Virus record (IMG/VR): IMGVR_UViG_3300025087_001438
Span: 1-51,636 of that record
DNA length: 51,636 nucleotides
Strand: one strand, 5' to 3'
DNA from: a virus
Taxonomy: Duplodnaviria; Caudoviricetes
In this document: one piece after another, positions 8,667 through 18,403 of the stretch
Layout of the letters: the number at the start of each line of letters is the position of its first letter
Numbering within the stretch: the first letter of the stretch is position 1
Notes under the pieces: model-generated
The model's input: the letters and a program-made list of their open reading frames with translations, nothing else
Database searches by the model: none
Told to the model about the DNA's origin: nothing
Position numbers and translations under genes: made by a program

Positions 8667-9550
8667 AAAATCCCCTGTACTATGTTCAATAAATCTTCCA
8701 CCCGATTCTTAACCTTTAGTTCCTTTTGGGCATACTCGTAACCATGGGTGGCTAGATTTTCCCGGTCTTCGTCAGCTTCTAGCCAGTACTCAATACTTAA
8801 TAGACAGCTAGGTATATCGTAGAAATAACCAACATAGGAACGCAGAACACTACTAATCAAAGGCTGATAGCGATGGAGTACAAATCCCCCACAACACATG
8901 ATTTGGGCTGGTCTATCGCTCCAATATCCAGCCTCGATTGTATGGTCTATGGATAAGATTACTTTGGCTCTAGCGTATAGTTCTGGCAGACCTTCATCCA
9001 TTATTGGGGGGCGGACGTCTTTGAAGCCCTCCCAAGCATTAACCGAATGTATTACTAGATTAAACTTCTCATCTACGGCTTTAAGAGTTTCGTTTCTTTC
9101 AGTAGCAAAATCAAGATAACTTCCCGTAAAGAGCACATCTATGTCTTTCTCGATAGGGGTGGGATGTTTGTCTAGGAAACTAGGGGCGAAGTCTTGGCTC
9201 AGCCATTGCCAATTAGGGTATTTACTATCAGCTATACGTTTGGATAAGTAGAGGTCAGATTCTTTGACTAGGCGTTCGTGCCATTCTTGACCGTCTGCTT
9301 GGTAATCGTAACTCCAGTAGACAACTGGTATATTCAGTCCTGTGTGTAAGTCTCTTATAAGGTTCTCACCATATCCGTCCCATTGGGACATCAGAACAAA
9401 ATCATATCTTTCATTTAATATAGGTCGTTCCTCTCTCTGACATCGTACAACCTCATGCCCTAATTCCTCCAACGCATCAGAGATATGGACTTCGTCGCAG
9501 ATAGAATTATCCCAGCCTCTACCAAAGTTCCCAAAAAATACTATTTTCAT
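8663..9550 (-). CDS. Glycosyltransferase, CgeB/Glyco_trans_1_2-like
   Basis: DVLFTGS, LYARAKVIL, YWSDR...CGGFVL and R..LA..GYE motifs. Confidence 0.85.
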   Translation of the reverse strand: MKIVFFGNFGRGWDNSICDEVHISDALEELGHEVVRCQREERPILNERYDFVLMSQWDGYGENLIRDLHTGLNIPVVYWSYDYQADGQEWHERLVKESDLYLSKRIADSKYPNWQWLSQDFAPSFLDKHPTPIEKDIDVLFTGSYLDFATERNETLKAVDEKFNLVIHSVNAWEGFKDVRPPIMDEGLPELYARAKVILSIDHTIEAGYWSDRPAQIMCCGGFVLHRYQPLISSVLRSYVGYFYDIPSCLLSIEYWLEADEDRENLATHGYEYAQKELKVKNRVEDLLNIVQGIL

Positions 9551-10542
9551 GCTGTTGCCTCCCTAAAAAACTTACGCCAATTCCCTATATGATGACTCCA
9601 CTGCCAGTTTCGTAATATCTCATCTCGTCCTTTAGCTCCCATCTCTCTACGTTTGACTGGGTGGTCACGCATATACTCCAAGGCAGTTCGTAATTTATTC
9701 GTAAGTTGCTCCCCTTCGTTCTGAGGCCAGCGTTGAATATGGGGCGGGTCGGGTAATAACATAATGCCACCGCCTGCATCAGTAATATGATGGTCAATGC
9801 CTTGGTAGGTAGTAACAACAGGAATGCCGCAAGCTGCGGCTTCCAAGACAGGAAACGATAGCCCGTAAGAGTTATCTATTCTGACTAACACGTCCATTTG
9901 ATTATAAATATTAGGTAATCCAGACCAATACTTACCTCCGGCAACTACCCGTTTTTTGAACTCCATGTCTCCCAAAGGCTCTAAGTCTCCACCATTATTG
10001 ACCCAATTCTGAGGGAAAAACATCCATCTTATACCTGGCATATCATATAGGGGTTTTATACCTTCTATAATCTGTCTGCGAGGATTACCGTATGACCCCA
10101 CCACGCCGACGTGCAATAAATCGTCTTCACGTTTCATTTTAAAGGGTTGAAACAAATTAGTATCAATCCCAAATCTTACAGAGTGAAGCATTCGCCCACT
10201 AGCGTCCATAGCATCTACGACATCGGTGGCTGAGGCTAAATAGGCGGCTCTAGTCCAGTCTCCCTCCCCCGGTTCATACATAACCACAGCGACCTTGTGC
10301 TTGTACTTTTCCTTGTCCATAACCCCCCAATGAGAGGGTAATAAAGGTACTAATAAGTCGTAATCATCAGGATTGCGTGCAAATGGCGACTCTCTAGTAA
10401 GAAAGTCTTCATAAGGTGGGTAGGGAACTTGGGCTTGCTCTATAAAGAATTCATCTGAGAGGTAGCGGATTAAATACTCGTAGTGGGCTTCCATGTACCA
10501 GCCACCTTGTATCCCTGGGGGAATAAATAATATCTTTTTCAT
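9547..10542 (-). CDS. Glycosyltransferase, GT-B/GT4-like
   Basis: GIDTNLF, YNQMDVLV, PVLEAAACGIPVVTT, MGAKGR...W motifs. Confidence 0.9.
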   Translation of the reverse strand: MKKILFIPPGIQGGWYMEAHYEYLIRYLSDEFFIEQAQVPYPPYEDFLTRESPFARNPDDYDLLVPLLPSHWGVMDKEKYKHKVAVVMYEPGEGDWTRAAYLASATDVVDAMDASGRMLHSVRFGIDTNLFQPFKMKREDDLLHVGVVGSYGNPRRQIIEGIKPLYDMPGIRWMFFPQNWVNNGGDLEPLGDMEFKKRVVAGGKYWSGLPNIYNQMDVLVRIDNSYGLSFPVLEAAACGIPVVTTYQGIDHHITDAGGGIMLLPDPPHIQRWPQNEGEQLTNKLRTALEYMRDHPVKRREMGAKGRDEILRNWQWSHHIGNWRKFFREATA

Positions 10543-11133
10543 CTATTTTATCCCTCTAAATCTGAAATCATACTGGGGTTCGGCGTGTCCTAATTCACTA
10601 TCGTCCCCATGACCGAAACCGACAGGTATTTCCGTTATACTTTTAAAGCCCCGCTCTTCCAGTTTGAATCTCAGGTATTCTTTGGTATAACCGCACAGGT
10701 GATACTGCCCCTCGCCGTCGCTACCCGTAGTACCGTATAAAAGACCCATAACCCGATGCCAGGGCTGATTGTTGCCCGTAGGTGTGACGTGAACGGTTGG
10801 CATTAGGGCACAAGCCACCAAAAGGTCGGGTAATTCTATTTCCACTGTTCCGCCAGGTTTAAGGACTCGGTGGGCTTCAGCGATAGCCTGGGTGCCTTTT
10901 TCCATATCCAGGTGTTCCAAGACGTGAACCATTATTACTTCATCAAAGGTTTCGCTCTCGAAGTCTAATTTAACAGCGTCTCCATACAGCCATTTGGAGT
11001 CTTCGCTATCCACCCATTTATCGACTTCCCGCTGGTCGGTTAAGGGATTAGGAGAGCCAGGGTAGTAATACTTATCAACATTGTAGTAACCCCTGAGAGG
11101 CACGTTGCCCGCGCCCACATTGCAGCGTTTCAT
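10543..11133 (-). CDS. Class I SAM-dependent methyltransferase
   Basis: NVGAG, GDAVKLDF, HVLEH, RVLKPGG. Confidence 0.9.
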   Translation of the reverse strand: MKRCNVGAGNVPLRGYYNVDKYYYPGSPNPLTDQREVDKWVDSEDSKWLYGDAVKLDFESETFDEVIMVHVLEHLDMEKGTQAIAEAHRVLKPGGTVEIELPDLLVACALMPTVHVTPTGNNQPWHRVMGLLYGTTGSDGEGQYHLCGYTKEYLRFKLEERGFKSITEIPVGFGHGDDSELGHAEPQYDFRFRGIK

Positions 11134-11669
11134 TTAATCACCCTCACAATCTTATTACCAAAAACTTCTTTATTGTCTCCATGATATTCATCAATCCATT
11201 GTTTAGTTTCCTCGTGGTCATAATCATGATAGATAACTATCCCACCTTTTTTGACTTTAGGTATCCAGTTGAGAGCATTTTGCTTTATAGATTCGTAATC
11301 ATGATGAGGGTCTAAGAACAGTAAGTCTATTGGTATGGTCCAAAGGGCGGCAAACTCATCAGCGTCACCGTGGATAAAGAACCCTTTTTTACCAATACCA
11401 ATTAAACCATCCTTAATAGCAAACGGTCCCCTACCAATACTCTTTTCGTGTACCTGGACATCATTTATATCTATACCAATTAAATAGACACCTTCTTTAG
11501 CGTAGTGGTGGGCGACAGTCATCGACTTACCCTCATCGACACCAATTTCTAAATAGACTTGGTCGGGTTTCAGTTTACCGACTTCCTCTTTAAACACTTC
11601 CATTTCAGTACCGCCGAAGACTCCCTGAATGTTATCACTGATATATTTACTAAGCTCCCCAGGATTCAT
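11130..11669 (-). CDS. Class I SAM-dependent methyltransferase (Methyltransf_24-like)
   Basis: YLEIGVDEGKS, IDLLFLDPHHDYE, KKGGIVIYHDY; start moved to ATG 11669 (ATGA overlap with the upstream stop). Confidence 0.88.
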   Translation of the reverse strand: MNPGELSKYISDNIQGVFGGTEMEVFKEEVGKLKPDQVYLEIGVDEGKSMTVAHHYAKEGVYLIGIDINDVQVHEKSIGRGPFAIKDGLIGIGKKGFFIHGDADEFAALWTIPIDLLFLDPHHDYESIKQNALNWIPKVKKGGIVIYHDYDHEETKQWIDEYHGDNKEVFGNKIVRVIK

Positions 11670-12562
11670 TGTAATTTTTCTCTCCAACCATCTAATACAC
11701 TTATCATTGTTTCCTCCAAGCTGTAGGTCGTAGACCAATTCGTCCATTTTTTGAACTTCTCGCAAGACGGTCTTTTGAAACTGAAATCGCCTGGACGATA
11801 CAAGGCTGGATTGACTTTAGTCTTTATAGGCACTTTGGCATTTTTAATTAGTAAGTCCATCAACTCCTGCATGGTTACGGAATTATCGGAACAGATATTG
11901 TAAACGTCTGGGGGGAGGTCAATGGCTAAACGATAAGCTCGGACTATATCCCTGACGTCAGTGTAATTACGAATGGTCGTTAGATTGCCGTGTTCTACCA
12001 CCTTACGCCTGCCAAGTTCGCACTCCACGATTTGTTTGGCGAAAGCACTCTCAGCATACATCTCGCCCCGTCCGGGTCCGGCGTGGTTAAAAGCCCTGGT
12101 TATGACTACCTCTAATCCATAAGCGTTAGTGTAGACTCTCCCCAGATAATCCATCGCCATTTTTGACACGGCATAGGGGGATTTAGGTTCTGGGAGGGTT
12201 TGCTCGTCAATTACCCCCTTCCCATTCATAGCATCACCGTATTCTTCACTTGTACCACAAAGCATAATTTTGGTTTTAATTTGGAGTTGCCTGACAGCTT
12301 CTAAGATATTCATTGACCCGATAGTATTAACTTCAAATGTACGTTTTGGATTAGAAAATGATTCTGGTACGAAGGCTTGTCCTGCTAAGTGAAAAATATA
12401 GTTAGGGCGGATTGCATCCAGGGTATTGCGTACCAGCTCAAAGTTGCGGATGTCCTGTCCGTGGCGCAGATTGAACTCAAAGACCTGCATACTTTCATCT
12501 TTTAGCAGTTGGGCTAGGTGAGTGCCAACGAATCCAGCACTCCCTGAAATTAAGCAAGTCAT
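11666..12562 (-). CDS. GDP-mannose 4,6-dehydratase / GDP-4-keto-6-deoxymannose reductase (GMD/RMD-like extended SDR)
   Basis: GSAGFVG, HLAGQAFV, TSEEYG, SPYAVSK (YxxxK), RAFNHAGPGR, GNL..RNYTDVRD; start at ATG 12562 (ATGA overlap). Confidence 0.9.
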   Translation of the reverse strand: MTCLISGSAGFVGTHLAQLLKDESMQVFEFNLRHGQDIRNFELVRNTLDAIRPNYIFHLAGQAFVPESFSNPKRTFEVNTIGSMNILEAVRQLQIKTKIMLCGTSEEYGDAMNGKGVIDEQTLPEPKSPYAVSKMAMDYLGRVYTNAYGLEVVITRAFNHAGPGRGEMYAESAFAKQIVECELGRRKVVEHGNLTTIRNYTDVRDIVRAYRLAIDLPPDVYNICSDNSVTMQELMDLLIKNAKVPIKTKVNPALYRPGDFSFKRPSCEKFKKWTNWSTTYSLEETMISVLDGWREKLQ

Positions 12563-13656
12563 TGGTAGAACTCTTTCACGGTTTTTATAAGATAATCGAG
12601 GTCTTTTTGCTTGAGATACTGATGGCATGGTAACAATATTCCTTTCTCACCTATATATTTTGCGACTGGGTACTTTTTCTTCAAGTATGGCTTAGTTATC
12701 GGCTGTGAAATTAAAGGCATCATAGTACGGCTTTGTATGCCATGTTTTTCCAGGTAAATCATCAATTCATTTCTACGTTCGACATAAGCGGGGAAGAACA
12801 TAAAAGCGTGAACGAAGAAACCCGAAACTGGATACTCTATTAAATCATCAAGCTCCCACGAAAGAATAGACGCGTTTAACTGGCGCTTCTCAATCATCTC
12901 CTGCCAATTATCCAGCCCGCCCAACCCCAAAGCCGCCTCCAGCTCGGTCATGCGGTCAGAGTAGCCATGACGGGGGAAGTGAAAGCGTTTCCAGATGTGT
13001 TTGGGTTTGTCGTCTATGGTTAGGTAGGATTCATCCCGTCCGTGAAACAGCATAGAGCGCATGGTGGTCATCAGCTTCTTGTCATTGGTTAAAATGAACC
13101 CCCCCACTCCAGTTACTAGATGATGGGCGATATAGGTGGAAAAACAGGTTGTATCACCAACGTGCTGATTCACGAACATTGTTTCGCAAGAGTCAGTCAC
13201 CACACGGAATTTATGCTTCTTAGCTATCTTCATAATGGCGTCCATGTCAGCTGGTTGTCCCAACAGGTGTACGGGCATGATGGCTACAGTCTTTTTGGTG
13301 ATGGCTTCCTCGATTAGTTCGGGGTTAATGTTGGCAGTTTCTTTCTCCACATCTACCAACACTGGGACAAGGTTGTTCATCAGCACAGCGTTCATGGTAG
13401 CTACGAAGGTTACGGCTGGAATTATTACTTCTGAGCCGTCTTTCCAGCCGTATTTGTCTTTAAGGGCGTGGAGGGATATTTTTAGGGCTGCTGTACCTGA
13501 ACTGGTAAAGATAGCATATTTAGCGCCATGAATCTCGGCAAACCTTTTCTCCAGTTCACGAGTCTTATCGCCGTAGGTTAGACGTCCGCTTTTAAGAACT
13601 TCTTTTATTAGCTTCTTTTGTTTACGGGTGACTTTCCAATCAGCAAGAGCAATCAT
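12559..13656 (-). CDS. DegT/DnrJ/EryC1/StrS PLP enzyme with His in place of the catalytic Lys (ColD/E1-like sugar 3-dehydratase)
   Basis: SSGTAAL, TFVATMNA, PVHLLG, DSCE, FSTYIAHHLVTGVGG. Confidence 0.88.
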   Translation of the reverse strand: MIALADWKVTRKQKKLIKEVLKSGRLTYGDKTRELEKRFAEIHGAKYAIFTSSGTAALKISLHALKDKYGWKDGSEVIIPAVTFVATMNAVLMNNLVPVLVDVEKETANINPELIEEAITKKTVAIMPVHLLGQPADMDAIMKIAKKHKFRVVTDSCETMFVNQHVGDTTCFSTYIAHHLVTGVGGFILTNDKKLMTTMRSMLFHGRDESYLTIDDKPKHIWKRFHFPRHGYSDRMTELEAALGLGGLDNWQEMIEKRQLNASILSWELDDLIEYPVSGFFVHAFMFFPAYVERRNELMIYLEKHGIQSRTMMPLISQPITKPYLKKKYPVAKYIGEKGILLPCHQYLKQKDLDYLIKTVKEFYQ

Positions 13657-14180
13657 AATTCTCCTTTTAGTATAACAACTACTTCAGTTTGGTCTAAGAT
13701 AGTTTCTTGGGCGTCAAAATCACTTAGGTCGAAAACCGAGAAGTGTTCGCCTTGAGGTACAATTTCACGAGGTATAGCCAATACAATCTCCCTAGAAACA
13801 GACTTAATTCTTTCTAAAAACTCAAAAGGTTTATTAATATGTTCCAGAGTATGAACGACTAGGGCTAAGTCGACTTTCGGATATTCATTGATTTCATTAA
13901 AGTTAGCCAGTATAAAGTCATGGTCTGGGTTAGCTTTGTTAATAGCTTCCGAACTGAAATCCAGCCCGTAAAACTTGGTATCTTTGAAGTTGGGCTGTTT
14001 AGATAAATATTCGATTCCCTCGCCCAATCCACAGCCATAATCAGCTAGTGTTTTTACGTTGGACTTACGATGTAGATATTTATCATATAGTACCTCATAA
14101 GGGAAGACCCGCCATTCATCACCCGAGAAACGGCTATCCCACATTCCTTGAGTATTGATATTAACTTTTTGTTGCTTCAT
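13653..14180 (-). CDS. Class I SAM-dependent methyltransferase
   Basis: DYGCGLG, GLDFSSEAI, HTLEH. Confidence 0.88.
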   Translation of the reverse strand: MKQQKVNINTQGMWDSRFSGDEWRVFPYEVLYDKYLHRKSNVKTLADYGCGLGEGIEYLSKQPNFKDTKFYGLDFSSEAINKANPDHDFILANFNEINEYPKVDLALVVHTLEHINKPFEFLERIKSVSREIVLAIPREIVPQGEHFSVFDLSDFDAQETILDQTEVVVILKGEL

Positions 14181-15072
14181 AACTTTTCTCGAATAATCTT
14201 TCCCAAGCCCCGATTTTCTTTTCCCACGACCAGTCTTTACATACTAATTTACGGTTACGCTGACCCATCTCATTAATGCTGGATTTATCTAATTCCTGTA
14301 GAGACTGCCTCATACCATCAATTATCTGTGTCCTGTGAGCTTTAGTCCGCTCCTCACTCCAATGATATTCCCATTGGTCATTACCAAAGGTTGTTTCCAA
14401 GACTTCGGGTGCAATCCCCACATTCGTACTGATAATCGCTAGACCGCAACTCATAGCCTCAATCGTGGGGCGGTGGAAACCTTCTTCATAAGAAGTAACC
14501 AACAGGACATCGATAGAATTATAGTAATTGGGCATACCATAAATAGAGCGTCTATTTTGGTCAAGGTTTAGGGGTAGAAATTCAACGTCCAACCCTTGCA
14601 CGACCTTTTTAGCGATATCAAGGTTCTTAGAGTCTGGCGAACCTATCCAGCCAACCCTAATTTTATCCGATTCGACTTTTTGCAGGGGTTCCCAAAAATC
14701 AGTATCAACTCCATAGTTCACAATATGCAGATTATAATCTATACCCGGTTCCTGTTTATTAATATAATCATACAGGTACTTGCTGACCACACCCCGACCA
14801 GCAATCTCCGGCCAGCCCAAACAGCCAGTTTCGTATCTGGAATGGGCGATAATTATAACTTTCTTTCTAGGCAGGAAAGCTGGTGTTTTAGTGATATACC
14901 AAGGCACAATTAAATCGTACTGTCCGTGCAACTGTTCAGCCCTGTCCAAGTCCATTACCACGTCCATCTTAAATTTCGTCTTATCACAGTAACGGGCTAT
15001 CATCTCAGCCGCCCAGACCCAGTGTTGGGCGCCTTCGTGCCACATCGATGGAATATGTAAGACTTTAATCAT
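14161..15072 (-). CDS. Glycosyltransferase, GT-B/GT4-like
   Basis: YGVDTDFW, VGWIGS, YNSIDVLLVTS.EEGF..PTIEAMSCG. Confidence 0.9.
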   Translation of the reverse strand: MIKVLHIPSMWHEGAQHWVWAAEMIARYCDKTKFKMDVVMDLDRAEQLHGQYDLIVPWYITKTPAFLPRKKVIIIAHSRYETGCLGWPEIAGRGVVSKYLYDYINKQEPGIDYNLHIVNYGVDTDFWEPLQKVESDKIRVGWIGSPDSKNLDIAKKVVQGLDVEFLPLNLDQNRRSIYGMPNYYNSIDVLLVTSYEEGFHRPTIEAMSCGLAIISTNVGIAPEVLETTFGNDQWEYHWSEERTKAHRTQIIDGMRQSLQELDKSSINEMGQRNRKLVCKDWSWEKKIGAWERLFEKSYEATKS

Positions 15073-15746
15073 TTATGCGCCCCATAGTATTTCCGCATCA
15101 GTTCAGCGTCATAAGCCATTTCCTCATTATATATACTAGAGTCTTTACTCAGATTGTTACCGGCCATGATATGGGTGATAATGGCGTTCGTTTTATCCGT
15201 CCAGCTCAGTCCGGCCTTATCTATCCTAGAATAGTAAGCCGCTTCACCAAGCAGGTTTCTGAACCGCCCATCCCAACCACCTGATTTTTTGAAGGCTTCA
15301 CGAGTTATGGCTAACATCCCAGCGTCCCGATATCCGAAGTCAGTCAGAACTCCATCAGGCGTGTCATAAATATGCTGAACTTGCTGCCTGGATAACTCTA
15401 TCTGTTGGGGGTAAGCGATATCGAATTCTTCCAGATATTTAACCAATTTATTAATAGTCCGTTCGTGTACGAATATGTCACTCTGGGTGAAAATTAAGTA
15501 CTCGCCTTTGGCAATTTTAGCTCCTTGATTATACGAGGCGTAGCAAGTTCTGTTTCGCTTATTCTCTATTAGGGTATAGGGAGCAAGAACACCGTAATCG
15601 TCACGGAATCTGTGGGCTTGGCAGTTATCGATAATGATAATCTCGAACTCGGGGTCGGTAAACTTACGAATTGCCGCTACTGCCGCCATATCCATATGCC
15701 TCTGAGATTTCAAAGGCGAATAAGAGTTGAGAATTATAGATATCAT
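15069..15746 (-). CDS. Glycosyltransferase family 2
   Basis: ISIIL, EIIIIDN, YNQGAKIAKGEYLIFTQSD, GGWDGRF. Confidence 0.88.
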   Translation of the reverse strand: MISIILNSYSPLKSQRHMDMAAVAAIRKFTDPEFEIIIIDNCQAHRFRDDYGVLAPYTLIENKRNRTCYASYNQGAKIAKGEYLIFTQSDIFVHERTINKLVKYLEEFDIAYPQQIELSRQQVQHIYDTPDGVLTDFGYRDAGMLAITREAFKKSGGWDGRFRNLLGEAAYYSRIDKAGLSWTDKTNAIITHIMAGNNLSKDSSIYNEEMAYDAELMRKYYGAHK

Positions 15747-16222
15747 ATCCGCACCGATACCATACCCGTATTAAAACCAGGTTTCTTATACCACTTGGGC
15801 TTATTAAGCGTCTTGACGAACTTCTTAACTTCTCCGCTGTCAGCGTCATGGAAAAACACCCAACCACCCTTGACCACGAATGGTGAAAAGTTATCCCAGT
15901 CACCAGTAACTCCCTTCTTACTGTGGTCGCCATCTATGAATAAAACCTTAATAGGTAGAGTCCAGTTTTTAACAGCCTCGTTAGACTCTTTTTGGATAAA
16001 GTTAGTGCCTCGAATATCGGGGTCGTCCCTGACATCTATACCAAAAACATCCCCCTTGAAATACCTACGGGCAAAGGCTAAGGATTTTCCCTTATCGACT
16101 CCTACTTCCAGATAAACATTATTCTTGCTGGATTTTTTAAGAGCTGGATAAATACAAGCCATATCAAAGCTGGAGAAAGCTCCCAAAGGCAGTTCTAGGT
16201 CTACCTGTTCAAAGTCCGGCAT
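15743..16222 (-). CDS. Class I SAM-dependent methyltransferase (Methyltransf_24-like)
   Basis: YLEVGVDKGKS, LFIDGDH, GGWVFFHD. Confidence 0.88.
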   Translation of the reverse strand: MPDFEQVDLELPLGAFSSFDMACIYPALKKSSKNNVYLEVGVDKGKSLAFARRYFKGDVFGIDVRDDPDIRGTNFIQKESNEAVKNWTLPIKVLFIDGDHSKKGVTGDWDNFSPFVVKGGWVFFHDADSGEVKKFVKTLNKPKWYKKPGFNTGMVSVRI

Positions 16223-17021
16223 ATTTCTCCTGCTTATACTTAATCTTGGCTGGGTCGGTAGGTATCATATCCTTATTCATCCATACATCCGAGCCGAGTT
16301 CATCGCGGTCAAAGCCATGCTTGCTCTTAAAGTATTCGATGTTGTTCTGGTAATAGTCTTGGTGGGTGCCATCAAAGGTACCTGATTTATTGCTAAAGTG
16401 GTAGACTAGCACATCTCGCAGGCGCATAGGTGTAACTCCCGCTAGGTTGATGCGGGTCTGTAGGTCAGTGTCGCTATTCGATGACCAGGGGTCGAAGGCT
16501 GTATCGTAGCCACCTAGGAAGTCCCATAGGTCTTTGCGGATAAAGAACGGCAGGTTAAAGCCAGTTTCTTCTTTAATCTCATCTTCCTGATGTCGTACAA
16601 ATAGATTAACTACATCTGGCTTAAATTCCTCCACAGTCAAACCTCCATCGAGCTTCAAGAATGGGGGAGCGGACCCTGCATTATTAGTAGGCTCTACTAA
16701 GTTAGGCGAAAAGACTGGATAGTCAAATCGCAGATTCTTATCCCAACTTGGTGCGTAGTACATATCCGAGTTACTAACCATAATGTAATCGGTGTCGGGT
16801 GCGACTATCTGGACACCTATATTAGTACTTAAGCATTGTCCCTGTTTAGGGGTATGAATATGGTTGACCTTGAGATGTTTTAAATCTGGTTTATGGGAGG
16901 TGCCGTTAGTCATCACGATTATTTGTCCCTCAAACCCACTATCTCTTAAACTCTCAACACACAATCGAAGATACTCACCATCTACTTCAAAAAGGGAAGG
17001 AATAACAACTGAAACCTTCAT
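16209..17021 (-). CDS. Glycosyltransferase family 2
   Basis: VSVVIP, SNSD, LGGYDTAF, SDTDL, VYHF. Confidence 0.88.
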   Translation of the reverse strand: MKVSVVIPSLFEVDGEYLRLCVESLRDSGFEGQIIVMTNGTSHKPDLKHLKVNHIHTPKQGQCLSTNIGVQIVAPDTDYIMVSNSDMYYAPSWDKNLRFDYPVFSPNLVEPTNNAGSAPPFLKLDGGLTVEEFKPDVVNLFVRHQEDEIKEETGFNLPFFIRKDLWDFLGGYDTAFDPWSSNSDTDLQTRINLAGVTPMRLRDVLVYHFSNKSGTFDGTHQDYYQNNIEYFKSKHGFDRDELGSDVWMNKDMIPTDPAKIKYKQEKYAGL

Positions 17022-17299
17022 TTGACCTCCAATACAGTACCCAGAACATCAAAAACCGATATTAAAATAAAATCTTCATCGTTTAACTTAATTTCAGTAG
17101 CAGAGTAACTCTTATAAAGAATTATACTTTTTGGCTCAAATACTAAATCTGAGTAATCACCATTATTAATTACTTCTGCTGAGTTATCCTTCTTAACTTG
17201 GACTTTTTCTGGTAAAAGAATTCCAGATTTGGTCTTAGCTTCTTTGGGCTTTATAACCCTTGCGAATAGATAATTTTTAGATGGTTTTATGGTTTTCAT
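17018..17299 (-). CDS. groES: Co-chaperonin GroES (Cpn10)-like protein
   Basis: 93 aa; IKP start, mobile loop KTKSGILLP, YSATEIKL..EDFILI...DVLG. Confidence 0.85.
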   Translation of the reverse strand: MKTIKPSKNYLFARVIKPKEAKTKSGILLPEKVQVKKDNSAEVINNGDYSDLVFEPKSIILYKSYSATEIKLNDEDFILISVFDVLGTVLEVK

Positions 17300-17306
17300 A
17301 ATTCTC

Positions 17307-17822
17307 CTATATCTTTAACTTTACTAACACGCCAAGACTTTCAATCTCCTGCCTAAGAAGGCTGGTATCTGCCTCCGTTTTATCTTCAAACAGGCGAGTG
17401 TGGAACTCAATATCTAACAGACTTAATCGCTGGATAGTGCCTTCGTCAATCATCTTCCTAAGCACTGCGAACTCCGCCCCTTCCGCATCAAACGAACAAG
17501 CGATAGTCGCTTCAGGTAGTTTAGCTACGAAACGAGAGAAATCTATACAAGGGACAATTACTTTTCGGTCAGGGGATTTCCTAAGGCTGCTAATATGTGA
17601 AGCGTCATTCCTGTCACCGATAGCAAATTCCACTTCCCCATCCTCTGTCCAAACAGCCTTCTTCACCCAATTAACCTGAAAGGGAAATCGTTTAATAGAC
17701 TCTTCCACATTTAGTTCGGTGTTCGGTTCAAAAGCATAAACTATCCAACTTTCGTCCATTAGGGGGGCGTAGTAATCTAGGGCTTTGCCGACGTAAAAGC
17801 CACAGTCCAAGAAATATTTCAT
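17307..17822 (-). CDS. FkbM-family methyltransferase
   Basis: FLDCG, YAFEPN, KAVW, DAEGAEF.VL, IEFH. Confidence 0.85.
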   Translation of the reverse strand: MKYFLDCGFYVGKALDYYAPLMDESWIVYAFEPNTELNVEESIKRFPFQVNWVKKAVWTEDGEVEFAIGDRNDASHISSLRKSPDRKVIVPCIDFSRFVAKLPEATIACSFDAEGAEFAVLRKMIDEGTIQRLSLLDIEFHTRLFEDKTEADTSLLRQEIESLGVLVKLKI

Positions 17823-18403
17823 TGGACAACCTCACTAACGAACTTGAAGTTATCAGTCTGCTTAACTTTCTCCAATAGTTGTGGAAGGGTTTCGTCTATT
17901 CCGTTACCCATACACGACCAAGTATGACCATGCACAGAGTTTTCACCCACTTTATATACAGGTAATTCTTCGGGTCGGCGGTCATCGTTGTAGGCTTGGT
18001 CGGCCACCCAGAACTCGTTGTCGACTAGCCATTTGTATATATCGTCACTTATTTGCCAGCCGGGTGCCTTGAATCCCATAGCGAAATACACATCTAACAA
18101 CTCTTTTCTACCATCTTGATTCATCCAACCATCAAAATCGTCATAACTCATTTTCTCGCACTCGTAATTAGAACTGTGAGTAAAACCATGTTGGGCAATT
18201 TCCACCCAATCACGGTTAGTTTTAGACCACTCTAATAGTTCTATGGTAGATTCATCAGGAATAGTAAAGAGTGTAATCTTAAAAGCTGGGTTAACTTCTT
18301 TAAGTTTCAGAAGTTCCCCTCTACAATCCCGTGATTGACACATATCAGAGATAACATGCGAGCACCCGAAGTCGTCACTGTCCCAGACTTGGTAATCACT
18401 CAT
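17819..18403 (-). CDS. Polysaccharide deacetylase-like (NodB/DUF2334-type) protein
   Basis: DDF, KITLFTIP, QHGFTH, GFKAPGW. Confidence 0.75.
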   Translation of the reverse strand: MSDYQVWDSDDFGCSHVISDMCQSRDCRGELLKLKEVNPAFKITLFTIPDESTIELLEWSKTNRDWVEIAQHGFTHSSNYECEKMSYDDFDGWMNQDGRKELLDVYFAMGFKAPGWQISDDIYKWLVDNEFWVADQAYNDDRRPEELPVYKVGENSVHGHTWSCMGNGIDETLPQLLEKVKQTDNFKFVSEVVQ

